Of a stretch of 64,000 bases of DNA, positions 46,578-57,900 are shown one piece after another. The notes below the pieces were generated by a model. The model ran no database searches. It was not told where the DNA came from and saw only the letters and a program-made list of their open reading frames with translations. The position numbers and the translations under genes are program-made. This DNA comes from a virus: the IMG/VR virus record IMGVR_UViG_3300007513_000009; one strand, given 5' to 3'. Numbering within the stretch: position 1 is the first letter of the stretch; each line of letters begins with the position of its first letter.

Positions 46578-49500
46578 ATGTCAAATATAACGATAGATAA
46601 CAAAAATTTACACAACATAACAGAATGGAATTTTCAAACTGTTGGTGTGGCTGAGGTATCTACATCTATTGTAATTCCATATGAAGAACCAATAGATATA
46701 GAAATCAATGGTAATGTTATAGTGGGGGGTGAAAATAGCGCTCCTAATATTTTAATTGTGGATACAGACAACAGTACTAATTTAGATATTTTTACAAACG
46801 GAACTCCACAGGTGAGACCAGGCACACAATGGTACAACGATATGTATTCTGGGATAACATTAACACTAACATCAGATACCATATTAAGTGGATCAGATAC
46901 AAATATATCAGGATCGGTTGTTGATATCGCCGCCAATAGTCTTTATGATGGTGGTAATGAACTTACCATCAATCGAAATATTACTTCTATGCAACTGGAC
47001 AATGTGTTTGACCAAACACCACTTACAATATATGGGACAGGAACAATAGATGTTAATGAGTTTACTTATGGTACAAGTAATAGGCTTATGATTGATGAGC
47101 TGAATTCAACGAATGCTGATACAATATTACAGTTGACAACCGATGTTGAAAATTATTTACTTGAAGGATTAATTGAAGGAAATGAATTTTCAAGATTTTA
47201 TGTACAGGTACATGGTCCATCAGATTTAACTATACCATTAAAGGATCCACCTAGTAATAATATCGTTGGTTATTCTTATATGCAAACGCAAAAACAATTT
47301 TTGCATAATAAATCGTGGGAAGATTTTGCACAATTTACAGGTATACATGGTCTTGGTGTTTTACCCGCAACTTATAATACTGTAACTCTTTCTGGTCAAG
47401 CAGAAGTAATATGGAACGATGATTATGGAATTGGATTTACAATTACTTCTGGGGATACACCTATGTCGATATATGATTTGCCAGTAAATCCGACACCACC
47501 ACAGGACTGGGGAGATTGGACAACGCAAAATTTTCAGATGACAAGGTTCGATGGTGAAATCCAAAGGACAATATATGATTCGACTGGAGGTGGGCCAATA
47601 ACATATGGTGATGATGGTGCGCAGGGGTTTGAGACATTTAGTGTAGTAGGAGATTCTTCATCAGGAGAACCTTTTACAGAACTTTTTCCTCTTGTTATAC
47701 CTTATGATGGGGCAGGAGGAGTTTTTAAAGTCACTACCGAACATCTCAATATGCCAGATAATCCATCTGTAACTGGGGAATATGGTAATAATGCTCCAGT
47801 TGGTGATTTACCTGAAAATCCAAGTTGGGAAGAACCAACACAATTTGTAGATAATAATGGTAATACATGGCAATATGCGTGGTTAACTAATGGGGCGGCT
47901 GGTTATGATGTACCAGAGGGGGAGGAGTGGAATCTGACCACTCCTCCGGTATTCGGGTGGATGTGGGTGACGGGCACTACACCTCCTGGAACATACCCAT
48001 CCGCAGGTCCATGGGATCCGGAATATTTTACTGATTCTGGTGGAAATCTTTGGGGTTATCAATGGCTAACTAATGGGCAATATTATGGGGGTGGTGTTAA
48101 TCCAAATAACATGACAACGCCACCGATGTATGGCTGGGTGTGGATTTCTGGACCAGGAGCAGAAATTGTACGAAGGGCTTGGTTTAGTCCATTCGCAGAT
48201 TCGGACAATAATTCTGAAAATAACTCGTGGTGGGATTATGTTCTTGGAAGCACTTATCATATAGAAATACCTATACCAACATCTATACAAAATGCTTTCC
48301 AATTGGAAAGCCCACAAATTTTTGATGGAGTAGTTAATGAATGGCCAGTACAACCACCAGATACTACAAATCCTTATTGGTTTGAATTAGAATTAACTAC
48401 TGAACAATTAAGCACTTGGGAAAGTCCTTTTAATGGATTCGGGGATTCAGAGAATATTACACAAGTTGGATATAGAATATCAGATTATTCGCCGGCAACC
48501 TATTCTATAGGTTATACTCAAGACATAATAACAGAAACAGTTGAAAGTGTTGAAAGACTAGACCTCACATACTATTCGGAAAACATAGTTTCTACATCTT
48601 TTCATGAAGTTTTTGATGAGGATATTCAATTTAATTTTACAACCACTAAACCAGAAGTTCAGCAAGTGTTGGATTATTATGATATAGTTAGACAGCCATG
48701 GCAGGGTAGAGATTATTTATTCTCAACAACCAATCCTAATATAACAACTCCAGTTATTTATGATAACAGATTTCCTTTAGGAACTTATATTGAAAACAAT
48801 AGAGATTTTTGGGAAAAACAAACTTTTGATGAAATAACATACACATCACAAATGAGTGATGAAAATTTACAATTAGCTGATTCATTGATAACTTCATCCG
48901 AAGCTTACCCATCAGTATATGGTGATGATGTGGACTTTATAATTCCATCAGTACAATCTTTTTCGGTTGACGCATTAGCATTTAAAGTTAAAGATGATAA
49001 ATCCTATCCATTGTGTTTTTATTATGATAAAGATTTACAAAGAGAGGAATATGAAGCAACAACTGAAGGTAAAGTAAGTTTAAAGCTCGTTAAGAGAGAG
49101 CCTGGAAGACCAACAAATACATATTTTAATCCACATATAGATAGACCAGTTTTTGACAGCGATCCGCAAAGTGATGGTGAAAACCCATATTATCCCCCTA
49201 CAGAATTATTTAATGTTGGTGCGAAAGATACAACTTCAGATCCACGAATTATAGGACAGCCGGTGTGGGCCGCGTCAAGTTTATCACCAACCGATGCTCT
49301 TCCTTATATTTATCGGACTGATCTTTGGTCTGGGGCTGAAGGTAGACTGTATTATGCTTGGTTAGCAACTGATCCTGAAGAGTATACTAATGATGAAGAA
49401 CTTTTGTATCATTGGAAATTTATTGGAGAAGGTTGGTTGGTTCCAACAGCATATGAAGTAATGTCTGATCCTACTCAGAATGTTTCTGGAAATGTAGGTG

Positions 49501-50597
49501 TTGAGAATGCAGATTCAATACCTTTAACTGGTCATGGGGCAATTTTTCCACATAATAGTACTGCAAAGGTTACTGTTTCTTTTTCTGGAAGGCAACAATA
49601 TGAAGTATTTGATCGATTATATGTTAATGGGGGATCGTATAACAATATAAATATAAGTGTTTCATCTATGTTTAGTGATGAGTGGGTTGATGAACATAAA
49701 TGGAATGTTCACCCTCAAGTTATGCTTAGTATTGATTGGCAAGATCATGTCCACGATTCAACTGATCCAACAATAGAAATTCCAATTACACAAAATAATT
49801 GGGTAGAGACTGCAGCATATTCTAGATTTAAAATATTTAATATAACTGGCGACACCACCTTTATTGGTCATTGGCTTTACATGGGAGGGGATGATTACGA
49901 TCAAGAAGAAGAGGGTGCTGCATTAACTGTTGATTATACAGCTAATCCACCAGGTTGGGGATTCCCATCTGGACCGGATTATGTGGGTTCTGTAGATGAT
50001 ACGGATGAGTTAGGTGAACCAGTTACTAGTTGGACTTTTAATGTTTTCGGTAGTCCACAACCGGGTGGAGATTTTCAATTAAACCAGTGGGTGGTGGGCA
50101 GCGGCACTACGGCGCAGAATGTAAATTTTCCCAATGGTAATACATCCACCGATGTAGTAGTTGAGGCAAATTCAACGGGGCATATAAATTTAGTAGCTAA
50201 TTATGTTGAGGTTGAACCAACGGTGTACTTTAATATTAATGTTACCTGTGATGGGCAGTGGATTACTGATCCGGATCCTGATGAGTGGTGGGATTATGGA
50301 TATTATAGTGTGATTTATGAGGGAAGTACTTATCATCCTGGATTGATAACATTCCCACCATCCCAATACCATATTAACTTTGATGGTGTTGCTGAGGGTA
50401 ATAGTTTAACTTTATCAACTACTCCAAGAAGAGTTTTAGGAAGTGATCCAATAGAATGGTATAACTTTATGGGTTGGAATGTTGTATCTGGAGCTGGTAA
50501 TTTTGATGATTCGCTATTTGAATCAAATATGCAAACAACAATAATACAAAATGTAACTGGGGATGTAACGTTTAAGGCTATGTACGGGTTGCAGTAA
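46578..50597 (+). CDS. large acidic virion/tail-associated protein
   Basis: 1339-aa beta-rich ORF with an internal Trp-rich duplication. Confidence 0.65.
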   Translation: MSNITIDNKNLHNITEWNFQTVGVAEVSTSIVIPYEEPIDIEINGNVIVGGENSAPNILIVDTDNSTNLDIFTNGTPQVRPGTQWYNDMYSGITLTLTSDTILSGSDTNISGSVVDIAANSLYDGGNELTINRNITSMQLDNVFDQTPLTIYGTGTIDVNEFTYGTSNRLMIDELNSTNADTILQLTTDVENYLLEGLIEGNEFSRFYVQVHGPSDLTIPLKDPPSNNIVGYSYMQTQKQFLHNKSWEDFAQFTGIHGLGVLPATYNTVTLSGQAEVIWNDDYGIGFTITSGDTPMSIYDLPVNPTPPQDWGDWTTQNFQMTRFDGEIQRTIYDSTGGGPITYGDDGAQGFETFSVVGDSSSGEPFTELFPLVIPYDGAGGVFKVTTEHLNMPDNPSVTGEYGNNAPVGDLPENPSWEEPTQFVDNNGNTWQYAWLTNGAAGYDVPEGEEWNLTTPPVFGWMWVTGTTPPGTYPSAGPWDPEYFTDSGGNLWGYQWLTNGQYYGGGVNPNNMTTPPMYGWVWISGPGAEIVRRAWFSPFADSDNNSENNSWWDYVLGSTYHIEIPIPTSIQNAFQLESPQIFDGVVNEWPVQPPDTTNPYWFELELTTEQLSTWESPFNGFGDSENITQVGYRISDYSPATYSIGYTQDIITETVESVERLDLTYYSENIVSTSFHEVFDEDIQFNFTTTKPEVQQVLDYYDIVRQPWQGRDYLFSTTNPNITTPVIYDNRFPLGTYIENNRDFWEKQTFDEITYTSQMSDENLQLADSLITSSEAYPSVYGDDVDFIIPSVQSFSVDALAFKVKDDKSYPLCFYYDKDLQREEYEATTEGKVSLKLVKREPGRPTNTYFNPHIDRPVFDSDPQSDGENPYYPPTELFNVGAKDTTSDPRIIGQPVWAASSLSPTDALPYIYRTDLWSGAEGRLYYAWLATDPEEYTNDEELLYHWKFIGEGWLVPTAYEVMSDPTQNVSGNVGVENADSIPLTGHGAIFPHNSTAKVTVSFSGRQQYEVFDRLYVNGGSYNNINISVSSMFSDEWVDEHKWNVHPQVMLSIDWQDHVHDSTDPTIEIPITQNNWVETAAYSRFKIFNITGDTTFIGHWLYMGGDDYDQEEEGAALTVDYTANPPGWGFPSGPDYVGSVDDTDELGEPVTSWTFNVFGSPQPGGDFQLNQWVVGSGTTAQNVNFPNGNTSTDVVVEANSTGHINLVANYVEVEPTVYFNINVTCDGQWITDPDPDEWWDYGYYSVIYEGSTYHPGLITFPPSQYHINFDGVAEGNSLTLSTTPRRVLGSDPIEWYNFMGWNVVSGAGNFDDSLFESNMQTTIIQNVTGDVTFKAMYGLQ

Positions 50598-50598
50598 G

Positions 50599-51759
50599 AT
50601 GGCATCAGAATTCTATATAACAAATTTGGATTGGGGTGATAATACACCAAAAGATTTTGTAAGTAAACCAAAACTATTATATGATGGGATAGATGTATTT
50701 AATCATGTATATGAAAAACCTGGATTTTATATTATTAATGCTATAATTTTTCTAAAAGAAACAGGTACATCTTGGGGTGGTGAAAAAATAAAGTCGTGGG
50801 AAAAATTTAAATCAAACATAATAGTTAATCAATCAGATGCATATGATTCTCCATTTTTTCAAAATAAAAACTTTGCTATGGTTGGTGGATATAAAGAAAA
50901 CTCAGCATATTTTAAAACAATGTTAATGCTTGCTGGATATAATATGAATAAAGAATTGAAAATACCGATGGTTGAGTTAAAGGAATACAATGAATTTGAT
51001 AAAATAAATATATTGAATACTATTATGAAATTTGATAGTAATCTATATAATATACATTTAGATGATTATACTGATCCTATTTATGATGGAGAAACTTTAA
51101 TACATAATAATTATATATCAAAAAAATATGGTGATATATTAAAAACTACAGGTTTGAATAATGTAGATGTTGGTAGTTGTAAAGTATATAATGGTGTACA
51201 ACCAATGTGGAAGCAGTTGGGTTTTCAAAATGATGATAGTGGCTTCGATTGGAATAATATAATTCCAAAGGAGTGGAGTTGGACTGAGAAAGAAGGAATT
51301 GAATATGATGTCTTTAGAGAACCAATATCAGGCTCTAAGGCTTTGGTTGATGAGTTTAAAGAATATACCATAGATGAATCTGCTACACAAGATTGGGTTA
51401 ATAATAAATGGCCAGCATTACCTAAAATAAATAAAGTTGGTATTTTTATGAATGATACTGGGAGTGATGGTCATTTTGTAAATCAGCCAGATAAAAGATT
51501 TTATGGGAGTAAATTTTCTTGGGATGGTGATGATATAGTAGCACCAATTACAAATCTAAATGAAGTAGATGATGATTTAATTTTAGATATTGATTTTAAT
51601 CAAGATACAGTTGATGATTTGATTGATAGGACATCACAATTTGAAATTATTGGTACTTTTGATTTTATTGTTGGGCTTGATGATACTATAAGAGTTGAGA
51701 AGAAACAAAAAGATAATATTGAGCTGTTAATGAAGAAAAATACTGAACAGGCATTTTAA
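50599..51759 (+). CDS. virion protein with PKD-like N-terminus
   Basis: LDWGD…HVYEKPGFY; ends EQAF. Confidence 0.6.
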   Translation: MASEFYITNLDWGDNTPKDFVSKPKLLYDGIDVFNHVYEKPGFYIINAIIFLKETGTSWGGEKIKSWEKFKSNIIVNQSDAYDSPFFQNKNFAMVGGYKENSAYFKTMLMLAGYNMNKELKIPMVELKEYNEFDKINILNTIMKFDSNLYNIHLDDYTDPIYDGETLIHNNYISKKYGDILKTTGLNNVDVGSCKVYNGVQPMWKQLGFQNDDSGFDWNNIIPKEWSWTEKEGIEYDVFREPISGSKALVDEFKEYTIDESATQDWVNNKWPALPKINKVGIFMNDTGSDGHFVNQPDKRFYGSKFSWDGDDIVAPITNLNEVDDDLILDIDFNQDTVDDLIDRTSQFEIIGTFDFIVGLDDTIRVEKKQKDNIELLMKKNTEQAF

Positions 51760-54700
51760 TGGGATTTATAAAATACGATAATTTCCCAAATCCTGATAAA
51801 CCAGGAATTTATCATGATGTAGATGATAAATTAAATGGGATAGGTTTTGATAATTTGGAAGAATTTAGTTTGGGTAATTGGGAAGATTACAAAAGTAAAA
51901 ATGCACAATATTGGATATCTTTAGGATCTATCCCATTTGGATCTGAAACAAGACAAAATGATATATTAGGTTTACAAAATCCATATCCATATCATCAAAA
52001 TTTGCCATCTTTACCAGAAGTACACGAAGGATTTGGGTTTGATTATAATATGGGTGCTGATTGGTTTAGAGATACATGGATTAAATCTGATACTGAAATG
52101 TTTGCTATAAGTAAAAATAAAATTCATCATTATACAAAGCTGGCTGGTTCTGGTTGGGACTCTTCTAATTTAACTGAAGAATATGCTTTTGATCTGGTTG
52201 AAGAATTTGTTCAAACTGAACTTACCAATTTTCACCACACAAGTCTGTATAGCACTAATCTATTAAAACTTAATACGGTGTGTACTGCTTTTGCTTTTTC
52301 TGATGATGGGAATAAATTATTTTTATTGATAGAAACGATGGAACACTTTCTGAATAATAATATTATGGGGGATGCGGGATATTGGCCTAGACAATGGATA
52401 TTATTGGAAATTCCATTTAATAATTTTAATCCACCGGCTGAGGGGGCAGGTGTGATTACAACTGGTTGGGGTGCTGGTACTTTTTATTTTGGCCCATGGG
52501 GATTAAATACTCAGACTGAGGGGGATTTGTTTCCATGGATGGAAGTTAATGGTGGGGGTGATATTGACTATCCAAGCCCTGGAGCATTTTACTCTTCAGC
52601 TTTACCAAGCAAACCACATAAAATTAAATTTGGGGATAATGGAAATAAACTTTATATATTATGTGGTGGAACAACCGGTTGGGAAGTCACCGACGCAGCA
52701 GGCGGGGCGTATGATGGTGATAGGAAATATGCTTGTAATGCTGATGCTACTATAATACAAATTGATTTACATAATCCATTTGATTTAAATAGAACTGATT
52801 TTGTTGGTAACGGCCCATCTCCAGATTTTTTAGATTATCGCAAAGGTGCTGCTGGTACTCCTGAGAATGAGGGGGGAAATTTAGCCGACCCGAACAATAT
52901 AGGTGAGCATGGATTAGGGCAGATTGGATACGCGGATAGAATGGTGCCTTTTCTACTAGAAAAAGTAGCCCCATCAGTTGTTAATCAACAATTTGATGAT
53001 AGAATTCAGCATGATTTTTATGCATTTCCTGATTGGCATAATGTTTTAAATAGACATTTTCCATTGATGATTTTTGAACAAGATAATGAAATGTTTGATA
53101 ATCCACTTTGGTATTCAACATCAGAAAATTTTCAGACTATCAAAGGTTCTGTTCCGGAAGATGCTTCAGTTGATAACTATCATTTTACATATGAGAGTTA
53201 TACTCAAGGTGATTTTGTAAATGCTAAATTTATTGGAAGAACTCCAGTAGATTTTAATTTTAATGATGATGGATTAACTATTAATGTTCTTTTTGCTTCA
53301 AAATATTCAACAGCTGAGTCTGACAACGGATTAGTTGATGAATTTGGTTTATGTTCATTTAAATTAAAAACTCCTTGGGTTGTTAATTACAATCATAATT
53401 TCGGAGTAAATAGTACTGATAGTATGTATGGGGGTTGGCAGTGGTGGACGGATAAAAATTGGGTATTCACAAAAAGACAAGAAATTTATCAAGAAATTTT
53501 AGATTGGGATAGACCTTATTTAGATATAGCTATGCAAGAAGAAACAATAGGAGGATCTGGTTATTCAACAACAAATTCTCCTATATTAAAATATGATTAT
53601 GCTGGAAATATATCTTATGGTGGTGTATTCCCTCCAGTGATCTCCAGTGATATTAATATACAGGAAAGTGATTTATTATTTGATTTTTATGATGACAAAT
53701 TACAATTATTTGATGTTCATCCTAATTCAAATTTAATTAAAACTTATATGGATCAAAATATAATTGAAGCTAGTAAATTGGGGGGGAATTTAAACTTCCC
53801 TTTTTATAATAGAAAAAATACATATGCAGTAAATCATTCACCTGCAACTTATGTGGTTAATGTAGTAAATGTGGAGGAAGAGCCATTTTTAAATTACAAT
53901 GTAACATCATCATTATATATGAAAACATCATATCCAGTAGAAGTAAATTTAAATGTAGATTTATATATAGATGGTACAGTAGCATCATATCCTAATACTT
54001 TAGCAACAGAAAAAACTTATACAGAACATTTTCCAGGTATTGGTGAATATATACATACATATTTAAACGAAAGTGATTCTACACTCGAGTGTACTTCAAT
54101 GAGCGCACAAGAATGTGTTTATAGATATTATGTGCAAGAATGGGGTGATGAAGAAGAAGTATCTAAAGATATACAATTAGAAGATCATTATTCAGAATTT
54201 TTTATAAGTGGTTCAGAGGGGATTAGTGAGTATGATACTAAAATTTTTGTTTTAAATCAACTTAATAGTAAACCAATACAAGATATATCTAAACATACTT
54301 ATACAACTTCTGGTATAAAAAGAATTAAACTAATAGTATATAGATATACAGCCGATCAGGAATTTTTAGTTGAAATGTCATTATTAACAAAAAATATTAT
54401 AATAAATGATGGAAATATAACAATACAAGATTTTGAAATATTCGGTGGTACAGAGTTTAATTTTTTGCCAGTTAAAGAGAATCAAGCAATAATTGGTGGA
54501 TTGAGTGAAGATTCTAAATATATAATAAGTTCAAAAAAAATAAATGAGTATGATTTATACAGTAGAGATGATTATCTATCAAAAAATTCTACTGATGATT
54601 TTCTAAAAAAATATAATGATGGTATGTTTGGAAAGAATCCTGGCAAAATTGATTTGGGTACTGTGAGAAATTTTAGGGGGGTAAAAAGATTGGGTGATAT

Positions 54701-54983
54701 GACTGGAAGTTTTCATGCCACAGGTAGTGGAGAAGATAATAGTTTGATAACCAATATATTTATAGATAAGACTGATAACTATTTTAAACGAGAGACTTCA
54801 TTGGAATTAAATTCACAAAAAAGAGATTTTATAACCTTGAGTAATACAACAGGAACTAATAAAACTGCAGTTCTGATTGGCGATTATGAATTGGAAAAGA
54901 AAGAAAAAGAAAAACCGATTAGAAAAAAAGGAATTATGAATACACCACAAGTAGAAACAAATATAGATAATCAAGCATTTTAA
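51759..54983 (+). CDS. large virion protein; C-terminal part paralogous to 50599-51759
   Basis: EWGD…HTYTTSGIK…AIIGG…ends NQAF; beta-propeller-like repeats (FSDDGNKL, FGDNGNKL, FNDDGLTI). Confidence 0.6.
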   Translation: MGFIKYDNFPNPDKPGIYHDVDDKLNGIGFDNLEEFSLGNWEDYKSKNAQYWISLGSIPFGSETRQNDILGLQNPYPYHQNLPSLPEVHEGFGFDYNMGADWFRDTWIKSDTEMFAISKNKIHHYTKLAGSGWDSSNLTEEYAFDLVEEFVQTELTNFHHTSLYSTNLLKLNTVCTAFAFSDDGNKLFLLIETMEHFLNNNIMGDAGYWPRQWILLEIPFNNFNPPAEGAGVITTGWGAGTFYFGPWGLNTQTEGDLFPWMEVNGGGDIDYPSPGAFYSSALPSKPHKIKFGDNGNKLYILCGGTTGWEVTDAAGGAYDGDRKYACNADATIIQIDLHNPFDLNRTDFVGNGPSPDFLDYRKGAAGTPENEGGNLADPNNIGEHGLGQIGYADRMVPFLLEKVAPSVVNQQFDDRIQHDFYAFPDWHNVLNRHFPLMIFEQDNEMFDNPLWYSTSENFQTIKGSVPEDASVDNYHFTYESYTQGDFVNAKFIGRTPVDFNFNDDGLTINVLFASKYSTAESDNGLVDEFGLCSFKLKTPWVVNYNHNFGVNSTDSMYGGWQWWTDKNWVFTKRQEIYQEILDWDRPYLDIAMQEETIGGSGYSTTNSPILKYDYAGNISYGGVFPPVISSDINIQESDLLFDFYDDKLQLFDVHPNSNLIKTYMDQNIIEASKLGGNLNFPFYNRKNTYAVNHSPATYVVNVVNVEEEPFLNYNVTSSLYMKTSYPVEVNLNVDLYIDGTVASYPNTLATEKTYTEHFPGIGEYIHTYLNESDSTLECTSMSAQECVYRYYVQEWGDEEEVSKDIQLEDHYSEFFISGSEGISEYDTKIFVLNQLNSKPIQDISKHTYTTSGIKRIKLIVYRYTADQEFLVEMSLLTKNIIINDGNITIQDFEIFGGTEFNFLPVKENQAIIGGLSEDSKYIISSKKINEYDLYSRDDYLSKNSTDDFLKKYNDGMFGKNPGKIDLGTVRNFRGVKRLGDMTGSFHATGSGEDNSLITNIFIDKTDNYFKRETSLELNSQKRDFITLSNTTGTNKTAVLIGDYELEKKEKEKPIRKKGIMNTPQVETNIDNQAF

Positions 54984-57900
54984 TGGATATTAAATACACA
55001 TATAATTCTGATGTTATGTCAGTAATTTCTGGAAGTGAGGCACGCACTTTACCAGTATTTGAACCGGATTTTAAAATAAAGTTATCAGTATATAGTAATG
55101 GAATTTATCGGGATAGTTTTGTATTAGAAGAAGATAAAGATTATTATATTAAAAGAGGGGGAGAAGATGTCATAATATTAAAACCAAATGATAAGCTTGA
55201 TGAGGGTGGATTTTTTCAAGGTGATTATGAATTACAATATGATTTTATACAAAGAATAGAGGTTGCTACATATATTGATGAGGTTTCTTCAACTAGAAAA
55301 GAGATAAGAGTAAGAAGTAAAGACGAGGGCGTTGTATCAAATGAATCATTTATTTCAACTACTTATGCTGTATTACATGATAATGATGGACAGTATAGAT
55401 TCGATGGGTTTATTGAATTACCAGATAATGAATATATACCTATAAATTCATTTGCTGAAGATAGGTTTACACATATATTTCCGGAAGATTATGAAACCGA
55501 AAACTTACAGGGACAACCCAATCCAACTTTAATTTTTAAATTAAATAATCCGTTATCAAATCAAATAGGAAGATTATATCAAGATTTTAAAATTGTAAGA
55601 AAATTTCTACCGACACAAACTCAAGAAATATTTTTAGCTGATGTTGAAAGTTTAGCAATAAGAGCTAAAGCATTAGAAGTAGATGTTAGCGGTGATCCAG
55701 AAGAAACTTTGAATGATGTAGGTTATGAATCTTACGGTACAATTACTGGCTCATTTGGTGGAGGAATAATTGATGATTTTAAAAGAGATAAAAAAGATTT
55801 AAATTTAAATATAGATTATTCTGAATTTAAAAATCATATATATTTCGGATCAGCAGTATCGAAGATAGAAAACTTTAAAGATAAGGCTGTAGAATTAGAA
55901 GGTTTATATAGGAGTTTAACATTTACATTACACCTGAGTAGTAGTGTTGATATAAAAAATAAAAGAAAAAAATTATTTAAAGATATAAAGGAGATTGAAA
56001 GTAATTTTACTTCTTATGAAAGGTTTCTCTATACTGATGGTCAAAATTATTCAACTGCTTCAGCTCCAGGACTTGGTGTTAATTTAGCTGGAAGTAATTT
56101 TGATAATAAGTTTGGATTTGTTACAAGTAGTGTAGATTTTGATGGTTTTGATAAGATACATCATTTTACAAGTTCAAATGCTCCATTACATATGTTTACA
56201 AATATTTATGATGTAGCAGAACCACCATTTTATAATACTAATAATTGGGTTTATTTATCTTTTATATTAAGTGGTGATAGAGCTTCGGATGCAACTTATG
56301 ATTTGATTACTGAAAACTCATCTTCAAATGTAATATATGGTAATGGATCCTTATCTGAATTTACTTATAATAAGAATGTTACTCTACCAGAAGAAGCTGC
56401 TAGTGGTTCTACACTCTTAAATCCAACAGCAACTGGTTCTGAATATAAAAGATATATTATTAAAGCTCAACAAAATTATTGGAGACCAGTAGAAAATAAA
56501 AATATAATTAATATATCCTGGCCTGTTGCTGAACTTAATGAAGATTACGAAATTTTATCGGGCTCAAATGTGATATCTGCATCAATAAGTGGAAGTGTGG
56601 GTGATGGGTTTGCTTATGGTATATTGGATACTTCTGGTCAACATACTCCATATTTTTTTCCAAATCGTGTAGATGAAAAAGGATTGATGAATCCATTCAC
56701 AAAAGTTACTGGTTCTGTATTACCACAAGGAGATTTGTTTCCAATAAGAATTAAAGAAAATGGTAATTATGAAACATATGTGAGTGATGTAAGAGTGACT
56801 TATAAAGATCCAACAAACACTCATCCATTTTCGCCAATTTATAGACCACCATCTGGTAGTTATGCTGGTTCAACTGAATGGAATAGTTGGTATACAGGAA
56901 CATTAAGTTCGGCTTCACTTTATGATAATGATAATATACATTCATTAGTTAATAATTTACCTTCCTTTTTAAGAGAAGATAATCAACATAAAACTCTTCG
57001 TGATTTTGTAAATATGTTAGGGGAAGAATTTGATTTGTTGAGAAATTATATAGACAATTATTTAAATTTTTATAAATTGGGATATAAAAATCCAAATACT
57101 GTTCCAAATAATTTATTGCCAGTTATAGCTGATAGTTCTGGTTGGAAATTAATTTCTTCTATGTCAAGTAGTTTGTCTGATTATATTGAGACAAATAAAA
57201 CAGAAGAAATAGGGTCAAAAAATGCAATAGATGCAACTTGGAAAAAAATATTAAATAATTTAATTTATATTTACAAAACAAAAGGTTCTATAGAATCAAT
57301 AAAATCATTATTAAATATATATGGTTTTAATGCTGATTCTTTTGGATTAAGAGAATATGGTGGTTCTGTACAAGAACATAATCCAACTGTAATTACAAAT
57401 GATGCACAAGATTTACTTGATGGATTAGGGGGAACTACTGGAAGTATTACATTTGTTGAAAGTATAAAACCATTTTCGATGCTAAATGTTAGTTCTGGTT
57501 CTGCGAACTTTGGAAATAATAGATTTGGTGTTGATTGGTTTTGCAGTGGTTCTGAACCAAATGGTTTGGAGTTAGTTTTTAATGCGGAAGAACCGACGAG
57601 TAATGTAACACAATCTTTGATGAGATTAAGTGGTTCTAATAATGATTTGTGGAATATAAATTTAATACCAGAACATAATACTTCTACAACAAAAGGTAAG
57701 ATTCAATTTCGATTGAATAGGACAGCGAATGGAAGTGGTACTACACATTTTAGTATGGAGACACCATTAATAGATAATTTATTTGGGGATAATATCTATA
57801 ATTTAATTTTACAAAGAAATTCTGGAAGTGATTTTGAAGATGGATTCCCATTAAGTCAATCTTATCAGATGTTTGTTGGTAGAAAAGATGATGACGCGAT

